Below, piece by piece: positions 48,101 through 59,277 of a stretch of 64,000 nucleotides of DNA. Positions within the stretch are counted from its first letter, which is position 1. Every line of letters begins with the position of its first letter. Under the pieces are notes generated by a model. The model saw only the letters and a list, made by a program, of their open reading frames with translations. It made no database searches and had not been told where the DNA came from. A program made the translations under genes and the position numbers. Location of the stretch: contig CAJINV010000007.1 in the NCBI GenBank assembly GCA_905178155.1, positions 2,957,151 to 3,021,150 of the forward strand. Direction: 5' to 3'. The DNA comes from Amoebophrya sp. A120. Lineage: Eukaryota > Protista > Dinoflagellata.

Positions 48101-51100
48101 AAAGTTCCCGACGCGGCCGCGTGTTAGCTCGCCGGTATCTCTCCTCCGCCTCCCGCCGTTCCGCGGCTCTGATAAAGTTGACATCGACGTGCTTCGTCTG
48201 ATTTCCGTTCGCCCTTGCTGCTTTCACCAGCTTTTCGCGGACCACACTTGCTGGCAAGCGGGGTGTAGGTGGTAGCCATGAGCCTTGCAAATAGCGGCTT
48301 CTTTCCCGTCTTACGCGCCGCCACCGCAGGTCCCGTTCCGTCAGCTCGATGGCAGAAAGAGGATCGCGCGGCGGTGGTAAGAACGAGGGCATGTCTAGTA
48401 CTTCGCGCGTCCTCTGCAGCCGGTGTTGTTGTTCTTCTTCCCCGTCTTCCCCCGGACTTGTCTGGGCCTGATCAACGTCAACCGCTGCACTTCCAACCTG
48501 ACCGCTTCCGGCGCTGCCCGAAGATGCCCCTTGCTGCTGTGGATGAACTTGCCCGGAAGATGAATCGTCCGCACTGCCCGCAGCCGCGGTCCTCGCTACA
48601 GGTTCCTCCAGGTCGCGCTCGTCCTCGTCCCCAAAGTAGAACAAAACCGCTTCTTCCGGGGTCAAAGAACCGGTTCTCGACGCCAGGTCGTTGCTCGGAG
48701 GTGCTGCTGCAGAAGAAGGTTGCGGACCAAGAGTGCCCGTTTCAGTGACTGGCCGTGCGCTCACGGGCGGAGAAAACGGGTCAGGCGTTTGATCAGTGGG
48801 AGGAGTAGCCAGCGCCGTACTACCCGCATCTACAACCGCGGAGGTATGCCCAGCGTCGCCTCGCTCTTCACCCATTGGTAAAACAGGTGTCGTCGGGAGA
48901 AGAAGAACGTTTCCAGAACCAGTGCTAGCCGCGCCGCGGTCAGCGTCAGCAGTCAAAGCCTCATCTCCGTCGTTGGATAAAGACGGCCCTGCGTCCCCAG
49001 GTGAAGCTACGACCTCTACCGGACTCCCGGGTGCTGCAGTGGGAGGAAAATTTGTTGCGATAACAGCTGAAGACAACTGATCACTTTCCTGGAGTTGTAG
49101 TTCTCCTGCTGGAGACGGGACAGCCGCACTGGACGCCGCTGATGCCCCTTCCAGAGCTGCAGACACCGTCACGCCAGATTCCTCCGCTAGTACCTCCGCC
49201 GACGCCACTGTTCCTGCTTCCGCAGGAGCTTCGGTAGGCCCGTCGAGTGCTTCGTGCTTTGGGGCGGGCGTCGGGCCCGCTTTTGGGGACGGAGGTGGAG
49301 GATTACTCGACTCGGACTCACCAGCTGGTGCTACATCAAAATTCGCTAGTGCCTCCGTCTTCGCGCCTGCTTTTGCGGAAGGACCAGTTGTCGTTCCACT
49401 TTCGTCACCTGCTGTCGCGTCTTGATGGTGTTCACCATCATCATCTTCTTCTCCAACACCTGTACTCGCTTCTGGCGTGGAGATCGCTCCCACCGCACCA
49501 GCCTCTCCCCCGCCCACTTGCACGTTCGGGCCGCTGGTTGGCGGCTGCGGCACAGACCCTCCTTGGGGCTGCTGTGCGAGGAAAGGCTGCGGGAGTTGGA
49601 TAGTAGCTTGCACCTGCTGCGGCTGTGGTGGCAGTTGCGGTGGCAGCTGTGGTGGCAGTTGTGGCGGCAGCTGCGGTGGCGGTGCTGAGGCCTGTGGCCG
49701 TGCTGCAGACACGCCCGGTTGCGGTCCTGGTCCACGCGTTCCTGCGAGACTGACCTGCTGCTGCGCGTTCCGAACAACCGCTTGTCCACCTGCTCTTGCA
49801 TCGTGTGGTCCCACCGTGACTCCTGGTGGCTCCGGAATGTCAAGACCCGGAACGCCGACTATATCATCTACCGCCCCTGGTCCGGTCGTCGGGAAGAACG
49901 GCGGCGGAGGTTGCAGTGGCGCTAAAGGAAGAAAGTCCCCACCACCTTCACCTCCAAAGCCGTCTGAAGATCCAGCAGTGATACCGTGGTTGTTTCCCGG
50001 CCCCCCTGATATGCCGGCACTGGTTCCGTTTCCGGATTCTCCTGCCGTCCACACCGGTTTATTGTGTGCTTCGCCCATTGGATGCTGTTCGTCCCCCGTT
50101 CCCGGCAAAAACCCAGAAACCGTGAGGGACTGCCGCGAGCTTTTCTTCCGTTGCATGTTCGCCATGGCCACGCCGATGCCCACCGACATACCCACGCCGC
50201 CCAGGACCACCAGCACCAGGATCACGCCGGGCAGCGAGATGACCGACCAAACTGCGGAGAGGCAGGTGCGCGATTTGTCGCTCTGCTGTTGTTCGTGGTG
50301 GTCGCCCTCTTGGACTTTGTTGCGGACTTTTTTCGGTGATGTCGTGGACGACCCACGGGGAGAGGATCTCGTTCCAAGCGAGGATTTATTTCCTAGCAGC
50401 AGCTGATCGCTTTCGTCGAGGTTCTGTTCCTGATTCTGTCTCATCTGTTCTTCTCGTCCGGGAGGAAACGAAAAACCAGCTTCGTTGTCTTCCAGGGCAA
50501 GGTTCTCGTCGTCACCAGCATTTTTCGCAGCGGAAGTTACTTCTGGACAGGCCGTCCGCCGTTCATTTGTTTCGCCGATTTTTTGATGGGATGAAGATAC
50601 ATCCACCTCGTTCGCTTGTTCATCTACTGTGCAGCCAGGAGGACTCTCACCGTTTTTTCTGTTTCTTTGCAAAAGCGCCGACGTCTCGCTTTCGCGGTCC
50701 GAGCGAGAGCTCGTCACGACAGAGGTCTCGCCTGCTTCTACACCGCCCTCCTGCCCCGGAGAACTACCGGACAGCCCCGTGCTTTGCGTCTTGTTGCTTC
50801 TCCCACTCACGATGTGCTTTCGGTGCAACACGGTGGCGGAGCTTCCCGGGATCGGGCGGATCGGTGCACGCTGGAACGGAAAATGATTCATCAGCTCCTC
50901 AACAGCAGTCATGTGAGCATTCGTTTCAAGCCGGCCACTTTGATTCACTTCCAACTGCTGGAGACTTACCAGTTCACGATGCAAGCACTCCGCCGTCGGC
51001 CGCCGTTCCGGCTCGCGCTCCAGGCACGCTTGCAGCAGGTACATCAGGTGTTCAAACCTCAACCCGTCTAATTGTTCCGCGTAAGGCCGCTGCATCTCCT

Positions 51101-53372
51101 CGTGGCTGCCAGAAGCGGGTGCAATTTCCGTAGCACCCTGGAAGTTTCTGTACACTTCGTACCGGTCTGGATACTGGATTTCCATTTTTTCATCCACGAT
51201 GCAGAACATGACGCGGTTCCCCCCGCCCCTCTGATTGTACAGGTACGCGTGCGGCGGCCTCCCGTAGATCATCGCGTACAGGATAATCCCCAGCGACCAA
51301 ATGTCCGTCCCCGGCTTCATCTTCATGCTACTTTCATACTGATCCCCCTGGAAAAAGGCCTCCGGCGCCATGAAGAGCGCTGTCCCGCACTGCCCGTGGC
51401 GGGAAATGTGCGTTTTGTCCTGCTCCAGCGCCTTCGCCAGGCCAAAGTCGGACACCTTGATCTTCGTTTTCTGCTCGAACATCAGCAAATTCCCCGGCTT
51501 CAGGTCGAAGTGTACAATCTTTTGCGAATGGATAAACTGCACCGCCGCGGTCATCTGGCGGAAGCACTCGAGAATGGTACGAAGCGGCATGAAGAACTCC
51601 TGTCGCTGGCGGCGGAAAATCAGTTTTGGCGGCTCTTGGTGCTTCTTGCGGTCGTCGTGTACTTGGTCTTCTTCTACTTCGGGACCACAACCGCTACCCT
51701 CTTCATCAAGCCTGTTCCCATTTATTTCCCCCGCAACATTTTTGCTCCTCTCCACGAGGTACCAAAACTCCTTGTGATAACTGTGAAAGTCGCAATCGGC
51801 AAACTCGAGCAGAATGAACAGCCGCAACGTGTCCGCTTCGTAGCGCGAGCCGAAGCAGCGCACCACGTGCTGGCTGTAGCCGGACTTTCTGTTTTCGCTT
51901 GTCAATTGCTCCAGGAGCAGAACCTCTTTTTGGTACGTCCTCAGCCGCTCTTCGCTCTGGGCCGCCACGACCTTCATGGCGTAGGAGTTCCCGTTGCGGA
52001 CCACGCGGTAAACTTCCGCCGTGCCCCCCCGGCCGAGCAGATTTTGCACCACAAAGGACCCGTCATCGAGCGAAAACGACGACTTGACGTCGCGCAAGGA
52101 ATTTAATTCGGCTCCTTCGGTGTTGTCGTCGTTGCTTTCTGACAGAAGGGGTGGCACGGCAACAGCTGGTCCTGGTGCATGCTCTGATACAACTACTTCT
52201 GCGTTTTGTCCTCTAGTACCAGCTGGCTGGGTACAACTAGAAGCAGCTTTATTTTGCGTTAGTGGCAATAGACGCTGCTGCCCTGATGTCGCGGGTGCTG
52301 CCCCTTGTCTGTCCAGAAAATAACCGGCACGGTGCCGCGTTGCGCTCGTTCCTGCACCGCGCGGTGCGTTGTGCTCGTTCCGGTTGATGTCGTCCCCTCC
52401 TTGTGCCAACAGCTGGTTGTAGTATTCAAAGCCACTGTTAATATCTGACGAACTCGCCGTTGCGGCCGGGCGTCGCGCGTCATCGCTGACCCGCGGCAGA
52501 AACTCGGCGTCCGGGAGAGTTTGCGTAGCCGAGGAACTGTTGAAAAGAAAGCGCTCTTGTTGCTGGTGGGTGGGCGAAGAAAAAAGTAGCGGCGGAACGG
52601 ATAGTGGCGGCCTGTTCGATGGGGAGCAAGCGACTGCAGTTGTCCTTGACGTCTCGCGTGCAGCTGCCCATTCTGCTGTAGCGGATGGCCGTTCTTCAAG
52701 CGGACTTGTTTCTTGCGCTTTCCAATTAGCGGAATGCGACGCAGCGCCCTCGTTGTCGCCAGCGAGCAAGTACGCGAAAGAACCTCGTCCTCCGGTGTTG
52801 CTGCAGAAAGACGCTCGCCTGCCCTTGTCGGTACTGTCGTGTCGCCGTGGTTCTTGTGATGCGGTTCCAGTACCGACAGCAGGATTCTTTCGCTTCTCGT
52901 CTGACAGGAGCTCCTCATGCTCGCATCCCAGTGAATCCTGCGCTTGCTGTTGATAAAACTCTTGCTCTACTACTTCGCAGTGGGAACCATTCACAAAGGC
53001 TTGAAAAGCCGCGTTTCTGTCTGCGATCTTGTTTCTATTTTCCAAATGTAGTTGTGCCGCGACTCTGTTTGGTGTGCCTTCGGTGGTATCCGTGTGGTTG
53101 CTACAAGTGCTGGGGGTTCGACAGGTTTTGTTCTTGTTCCTTTGGGTCGTCGCTACTACACTTTTACTTTGGTCGTGTCCCTCTGTCTGCCTGTCTTGGT
53201 CGTGCTTCTTGTACTCATTTTTCTGTCTTGACGTTGTTGAATTTGATATATCATCACCAGAATTATAATCGTCCACTTTGCTGCGCTGTCCTTCATCTGA
53301 GGTCGAAATCATACTGCATGACGCGGCGTCCTCCTGATCTGCAGCGCAGTGAAGCGACATCTCTTTCCGCAC
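45144..53372 (-). CDS. Mps1/TTK-like protein kinase + single TM helix + long C-terminal region (~2,540 aa), paralog 2, 3 exons (53372-46909, 46590-46194, 45923-45144)
   Basis: Same kinase motifs; TM segment VISLPGVILVLVVLGGVGMSVGIGVAM. Three ORFs join in frame after removing two TIR elements, and exons 2-3 match the C-terminus of paralog 1 (LQFRGV, RKHVRI/RHVSI, VDDIL). Confidence 0.85.
45929..46193. mobile_element. Introner-like element (265 bp), distinct TIR, TSD ACCAG
   Basis: accag|tatcctgagcaaaaacgtccccac ... gtggggacgtttttactcagaata|accag; removal gives RTRPG|ARGSS. Confidence 0.92.
46596..46908. mobile_element. Introner-like element (313 bp), long imperfect TIR, TSD AACGA
   Basis: aacga|aatcgtaagaaaaaatcccccctcccaatatcgaa ... 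ttgatatggggagaggagattttccctttggata|aacga; removal gives DSDS|LVVPSG. Confidence 0.85.
49621..49680 (-). repeat. 12-bp coding tandem repeat (PPQL)n
   Basis: PPQLPPQLPPQLPPQLPPQP in kinase paralog 2. Confidence 0.8.
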
Positions 53373-54354
53373 GGTTTCTTTTCGTTTTCGGCAGTGAGGA
53401 ACTGCATGCTTTTACTCTGGGCTCCGGGGGGTCACAGCTGGCATTTTCTTGGAGGAGTGCTGTCGTCCGAAACGTCAATTGATTTGCACGGCAAAGCGTG
53501 CAGTGCTTGCTAATGCTGTTAAACTGTTAATTTTCCACTAAAAGAAAAGTCCACGATAATTTTATACTAAAGTTAAGATAGTTACAGCAAAACATACTAC
53601 AGTCGGCGCGAGATAAAGACGCCTCAAAAAGGCAAACTGTCCCCCTCCATGTCCACCCCTGAAAAATTGTACAGAAACGCGATCGCGTTGTTTGGTTTCA
53701 TTTTAGAAATAATGTATCAAAACGCCAAATCCATACCAGTCTGCAGCAGGACTCGTCCGCGAAGGCCTGCCACTGAGGGGAGGAACAGCCGCTGCCTCGC
53801 CCCTGCAATATTATATCGGACGCACGTGTCGTGTGACTTCAACTTGAAATCAACGTTGCGTCTCACAAGATCTCGACGGACCTGACAAGATCTCAAGTTG
53901 ATCTTTCTTCTTCGCCTACGATGTGCAGAAGATCCAAGATCTTTCCACGTTGTGAATGCAAATAGATCACGAGGAGCACCTGCTGCGTCAACAAGATGAA
54001 GATATTGCCAAAATCGAAAAATACAAACGCTTTCTCAATAAGCACGGACCTCTGACGATCCATCTTCTCTTGTGAATCATTTGTAGTCTTGTCTCGCGAT
54101 TATAACAGGGTGATCATTGTCCTAGCGAAGTAAAACAGGCGTAGACGTCGGAGGCCTTTTTTCCGGTCGTCGAGAATGCGAATCAATTCATTATACTCAG
54201 TTTTTCTTTTTCTATTGCGCGCACGATTTTTGAGCGACGGGAACGTCAGAACTACTTCTCTCGGAAGCTTGGAGAAGGATTATGCGCATCTTCTCCATTC
54301 TAGCACCGCACCAAAGCTGAGTTTAAGTAGGTACAACTCCTGTGATAATGACAT

Positions 54355-56472
54355 TCATTCTGCGCGATCCACGCGTCGCCACTGGTTATCTAGGTCCTCC
54401 TTGAAGATGCGAACGGTTTCCTCCTCCCCGCAGGAGAGGCAGACACACAACCCCGTCACGGACCACGTGACACGGTTGACCGGGAGGTTGTTCTCTACAT
54501 GTATCTATCAAATGCAAAAATGTCTGGGTCTGGAAGAGTCATGCTGCTTTTGCATGACACAGTAGGGCTGTCATGGAAGCTCTAGCATCACAGGTTTCGA
54601 GAAGCTTCCGCAATGCCAAATCCGCATGACAAATGCCCCACTTTGGTGACAGAAAGTGGGCAGCTTTTGCTGCCTACGCATGAGAGATTTTTGTGTGCTG
54701 TGAAATGCGCATCACAAGTTTGCATTCTTCCAGACCCAGACATATTTGCAATGCATAGTATCGTCGCGCTGTTCTGCCAGTTCAGTCCCTCCATGGTCTG
54801 CACCCATATTTTGCACGTTCCGTCCTCGTATCAAAAGTAAAAATGTCTGGGTCTCGAAGAATGCATGTTTGTCATGCTTGTCTGGCATAACTTCTAAATC
54901 TGTCATGCACGTTACCCAAGAGCTCCATTTTTCTGTGATGCAGCAACGCAGTTTGTCATGCAGAATAGGCAACACCTAGAAGCTCAGAAACTTGTCATGC
55001 TAAGCCAGTATTTGTGGCCTCATCATGAGACGCCACCCAGCATCACAAGTTTCCAGACCCAGACATTTTTACATTTGATACCTCGGAACCGGAGGCGAGA
55101 AAATTCGAGGGGATGCCGATGTTCGGTCGCCAGGCGACGGATCGCACGGGCCCTGCATGAGAGGTCGGGGGCGGGACGGTGGAGCCCCCTCCAGACGGGT
55201 GCTGGTCTCCTTCGGGGTTTGGTGGCACTGGAGGTGAATCGCCGCTACTGCTCAGAGTGCCCTCTTCCACCCACTTTTTGTCGTCGGCGTTCCAGCGCCA
55301 TATTTTCACGTTGGAGTCGAAGCCGCCGGACACTAGTCTCCGCGGCCGCAGCGCGGGCATCATGTACCCGCCCTGCACCGCAGGGCCGGAGGCGAGGGTC
55401 GCCGGGCTGACGGGCACCGCCCAGCTCACGCTGGAAACGCCGTTTTGATGGGCTTTCAGCACGCCAATCTTCATTAGGGGGCCCGTCTGGTTTTGCGCCT
55501 CGAAAATGGTCACGAGGCCACTGGAGGAACCCGCGGCAATGAACAAGCCGAATCTGCGAAAATAAAAATCTTCTCAATTATCCGATGCAAAAAGTCTACC
55601 TCGATTCAGGGTTGGTTCTCTTCCACGTGCAGCTGCGGCGCATGATGTCGAGACAAACAAACCTCCAATTATCAGGAGTCTCATTTCAGCCTCTTCTTCC
55701 CGTCCTATGCAGCATCTAAGTATGCGCAATAAGATCCGATCGATAGATAAACATTGAGAAATAATCGTAATCCACGCAATCAACACAATACTCTTTCGGC
55801 CCTATCTGCACAGTTGTGGCAGCCCCGTCCAGCCTTTCTCGCCACACCAGGGACCAGTCGCCGGGCCGCCCTTCTCGCCAAAGCATCACACTGCCGCACG
55901 CGCCGCACGCTGCTATCATCGTCCCTTGTGTCGGGTCGCTCCAGCAGATCTGCTGCAACGGGCCGGCTACCTGTCGTTTTTTGTTATGTTTCGTTTATGT
56001 ACTATCTCGAGAACTTCCACGGACACGGAGACTCGTGCAATTTACCTTCTACGAGAATCTGCTAGAATTAGCCGTGTCGAGACACCAAACAAATCTTCCA
56101 CTGAAACCTATACCCAAAACCACAGCAGGCATCACAATCACTGTTGGTAGGTACGTAGAAAGAAAAAACATATACATCTGGGTGCTCCAGTCTGGCGACC
56201 AGTCTGGCTTCTTCTGTGCCCGTGGCCAACTTTGACACAATATTCTCCCCCGCTGTGGAGATTTCGTAGACAAAAATCACCCGGTCGCCGCAGACCGCGA
56301 GCCGTTTGCCATAGTAGTCGATGGCCAGATCCACGATCTGGGTGTTCTCCGGCACGTCAATCGTGCTGTCGGCCACCAGATTCGTGCTCCCCCCGCCGCC
56401 GCTGTAGATGGGAGCCGATGTCATGTACTCGCGCAGCCGCGCGTCCGCGGGCAACGTCGGGGGCGCGACCAT
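54355..56472 (-). CDS. SEC13: Sec13 WD40 protein (COPII/nucleoporin), 386 aa, 5 exons (56472-56176, 55970-55792, 55553-55081, 54823-54758, 54500-54355)
   Basis: DYYGKRLA, GPLQQICW, GPKEFGLFIA, AHQNGVSSVSWA, RLVSGGFDSNVKIW, VRSVAWRPNIG, LASGSE|DGTCKIW, RVTWSVTG, KEDLDNQW. Two GT-AG introns (56175-55971, 55791-55554) and two introners; exon total 1161 nt. Confidence 0.9.
54506..54757. mobile_element. Introner-like element (252 bp), TIR family A, TSD GTATC
   Basis: gtatc|tatcaaatgcaaaaatgtctgggtctggaaga ... tcttccagacccagacatatttgcaatgcata|gtatc. Confidence 0.93.
54829..55080. mobile_element. Introner-like element (252 bp), TIR family A, TSD CCTCG
   Basis: cctcg|tatcaaaagtaaaaatgtctgggtctcgaa ... 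ttccagacccagacatttttacatttgata|cctcg. Confidence 0.95.
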
Positions 56473-56989
56473 TGGTTGTTTTTGGATTTCTTGAAAACCA
56501 GACGGCCCACAGAGGGCGCAGTGGCAGTTGCACTTCTACACGAGAATCAAAATAAGTAAGTGTTGCGGGGCGGGTCGGAAGAAAATATTGTGTGGTCTCC
56601 TCTATCAAGAAAACGATGTGATCAGATGATGAACCTGAAAAAAAGGTCGCAATCAGAAAGATCTTAGTTTCATCTTCTAGGAACCTAACACAGAATATCG
56701 TCAAGCCAGTTGCAGTACATAGGAAGATCCTTTCAAAGGAATGTCGTGCACGATTCATTTGTTCCAAAAGCCGCGGATCTGATACTTGCTGTCAGGTAGC
56801 GCAGCTTCATGCTTTATGCAACGATGGTGCTCTGTGTGTGCAGAAAGAAGATGCATGCGCCAAAAGCGTACTGACCACTTTCCATATACAGCATCTCGAT
56901 TGCCGCGAAGCTTTGTATTTGTTTCTCCTCCGTTACTTTTTTCATAAAGTGTTTGCGTCAGCAACAACTAACTCTAACACGGAGAAAGT

Positions 56990-57850
56990 TTACAAATCAT
57001 CGTCATCGTCATCTTCCAACACAGTAACATCAACCGGAGGTTTCTTTGCAACCTCCCGTACTTTGGTTTTCTTTTTGCTTCTCCTTTTCTCCCCGGGTTT
57101 CTTCTTTGCTGTTGCTTTACGGCCTTCCTTACGTGTTCCACCATCGGAAGGGCTTTTTTTCCCCTTGTCTTCACTTGCTCCATCCTCCACCGGCTTCACA
57201 ACCCTGGGCCTCTGTTCCCGATCCGGAATGTACCGTCCGCCCCACTTTAGCTTCTCGCCAACTCTCTTCCGCTCCTCGTCGTCCACCAATTCCTTGTAGC
57301 GGTTGTTGGGGAAGACTTTCTTTTGGTTCACTTCGAAAAAGTCCACAATATCCGGGTAACTCAAAACGAACTTCTGCACCGTCTCCAGGTCCCTGTTGGT
57401 GCTCGTGACAATCAAAATGCGGTCCGGATCCACGGCGTAGAAGCGAGCCTCCGTGCCCCCCGTCTCCAGCAGTCCCTGCCACTGCTGCGCCAGGTCGTGC
57501 GAGCCCCGCCCGGTTTTCCGGTCCTGCTCGATGGCGTACTCCAGGTTGAGCACCGCAAAGCACATCGTCTGTTTCCCGGTGGGAATTTGCGACACCATGT
57601 CCACCGGGTCGGCCCGGTTTTTCTTGTTCGCGACGAACTCCGACTGTTGCTTCAGCTTCAGAATTTCCTGCTTCACACTGGCCGGAAGATCCGTCGTGGG
57701 GTCGTCAATGTCGCCCACGTCCAAATCCCGAATGTCCGCCTCGGCGTCGATGATGGCCACCTGCCCACGGGCGAATGCAGGAAACCGATTGGCGCACTCA
57801 TCAGGTGGAAAAAACAACTGCAAAAAAAGCAAGCCGAAACCCTTCATCAT
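56990..57850 (-). CDS. MESD-like ER chaperone with signal peptide and C-terminal DDDL
   Basis: GKQTMCFAVL...LAQQWQGLLETGGTEARFYAVDPDRILI...QKFVL resembles the MESD core; hydrophobic start MMKGFGLLFLQLFF; K-rich tail ending DDDL (KDEL-like). Confidence 0.7.
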   Translation of the reverse strand: MMKGFGLLFLQLFFPPDECANRFPAFARGQVAIIDAEADIRDLDVGDIDDPTTDLPASVKQEILKLKQQSEFVANKKNRADPVDMVSQIPTGKQTMCFAVLNLEYAIEQDRKTGRGSHDLAQQWQGLLETGGTEARFYAVDPDRILIVTSTNRDLETVQKFVLSYPDIVDFFEVNQKKVFPNNRYKELVDDEERKRVGEKLKWGGRYIPDREQRPRVVKPVEDGASEDKGKKSPSDGGTRKEGRKATAKKKPGEKRRSKKKTKVREVAKKPPVDVTVLEDDDDDDL

Positions 57851-58455
57851 TTTAACCGAAAAGTCGTAGTCAGCCGGACGCGGGTGCATGCAGTTCTGCC
57901 TTTCGAAACGAAGTCGTAGCACCGTCGTTCTGCTAGCTTTACCGCCAGGTAAGGTGGCGATCGTTGACTACTACAGAGAACACATCTAAATATCATCTAT
58001 CTAACAAGCTGAACGTGAGCAGTTCGGAACGCAAGATTCTTTTCTCACATGCGGAACAAGCGAGACATGATTCACTTTGTCTTTTGAACTTTGACAGACA
58101 GATTCTCGTATAGAGAAATCTGCCTGGCAACTAAGACTTCGAAGAAGATCACTTTCTGGTCTTTCTTTCTACTCCAACTGGTGTCTTCTACTTCTTGGAA
58201 CATCAGAGAAAAACAAACAGGAAAACGAAAACTACGAGTGCTTAACTTCCCCCCTTGGAATACATCAAGAAACAGCACGTAATGTGAATCTTGAGTTTTG
58301 TTTCTTCCTGTGTTTCCCATTTATGCAGGAAGAGGGCCGAGACGTTTTCATGGCCACGGTGCAGTTTCATGGCCACGGTGATGAAGTTCTTATTCTTTCA
58401 TCATGTTTTCGTTAAGTTCCTAGTAGCGCGGCACAGCATGATTTCGCAAACTAAA

Positions 58456-58878
58456 TCACCGGTCCGCGAGACCGCCATTTTCTTCCAGCATGTTCATCAT
58501 GTTCTGCAGTGCCTGGGGGTCCTTCATCACTGCCTGGATCTGCGGATCGTTCATCATTTGCTGTACGGCCTGCGGGTCGTCCCTCAGTGCCCGCGCTTGC
58601 TTCGCCAGTTTCGGGTTGATGGCCATGAGGTGCTGGGCCTGCTGCGCCATCCCGGGCGAGACGTCCCCCAACTCCTGCTTCAGTTTCAGAACTTGCTCCT
58701 TCACGCTGGCCGGCAGTTTCGCCGTCGGGTCGTCGGTTTCATCAAGCGCGTCCAAATTCCGGATGTTCGCCGTGGCATCGATGCTGCTGGCCAGCTGGCC
58801 GCGAGCGAAAGGCGAAAGCTGATTGGGAGAATAATCAGAAAAAAACAACTGCAAAAAGACGACGAGAGACCCCTTCAT
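58456..58878 (-). CDS. Small secretory-pathway protein: N-terminus paralogous to the MESD-like gene, C-terminal STI1-like (DP/NP-M/Q) repeats
   Basis: MKGSLVVFLQLFF...FARGQL...DDPTAKLPASVKEQVLKLKQ followed by INPKLA...DDPQAVQQMMNDPQIQAVMKDPQALQNMM. Confidence 0.7.
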   Translation of the reverse strand: MKGSLVVFLQLFFSDYSPNQLSPFARGQLASSIDATANIRNLDALDETDDPTAKLPASVKEQVLKLKQELGDVSPGMAQQAQHLMAINPKLAKQARALRDDPQAVQQMMNDPQIQAVMKDPQALQNMMNMLEENGGLADR

Positions 58879-59277
58879 GATTTTGAATTGATATTGAATT
58901 TGAACGAATAACGCAGCATAAAGTGAGGCGAAGCCAGTAATAGCGATCTCTATTTCGCGTCCGCGATATGTGAAGTGGTTGATCCTAAAAACTGGTCCTC
59001 CTCGTAAAAACAGTTGTGACGCCGTGTACTGAAAAGCACCGGGACAAAAAGGAACAGCGACTCGAAAAGCTCCCAAGCTTGAAAGTTGAAACTAGAAAGA
59101 CTCGTCACGGTTTTACTTTTGCATGATCGCAGGCCCGAAACGGAAACTTCAAATTCATTCGGAATGGTCGCTTGGTCGTTGTTTCTGATGGAGTTCATCT
59201 AAGATTTGCGTTCTAATCTTGCTTCTGCTCTTTGCGGCTCTGCACGACTTTGATACGGTGTGATCACAGGACTGTCA

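Noticed and set aside
51072-52106. Long + strand ORFs overlapping the kinases and other genes (e.g. 41170-41997, 49477-50406, 47278-47997)
   Set aside because: Antisense shadows of GC-rich coding sequence with no domain motifs.
58346-58380. Tandem duplication tttcatggccacggtg x2
   Set aside because: Simple slippage duplication in intergenic/UTR DNA with no further structure.
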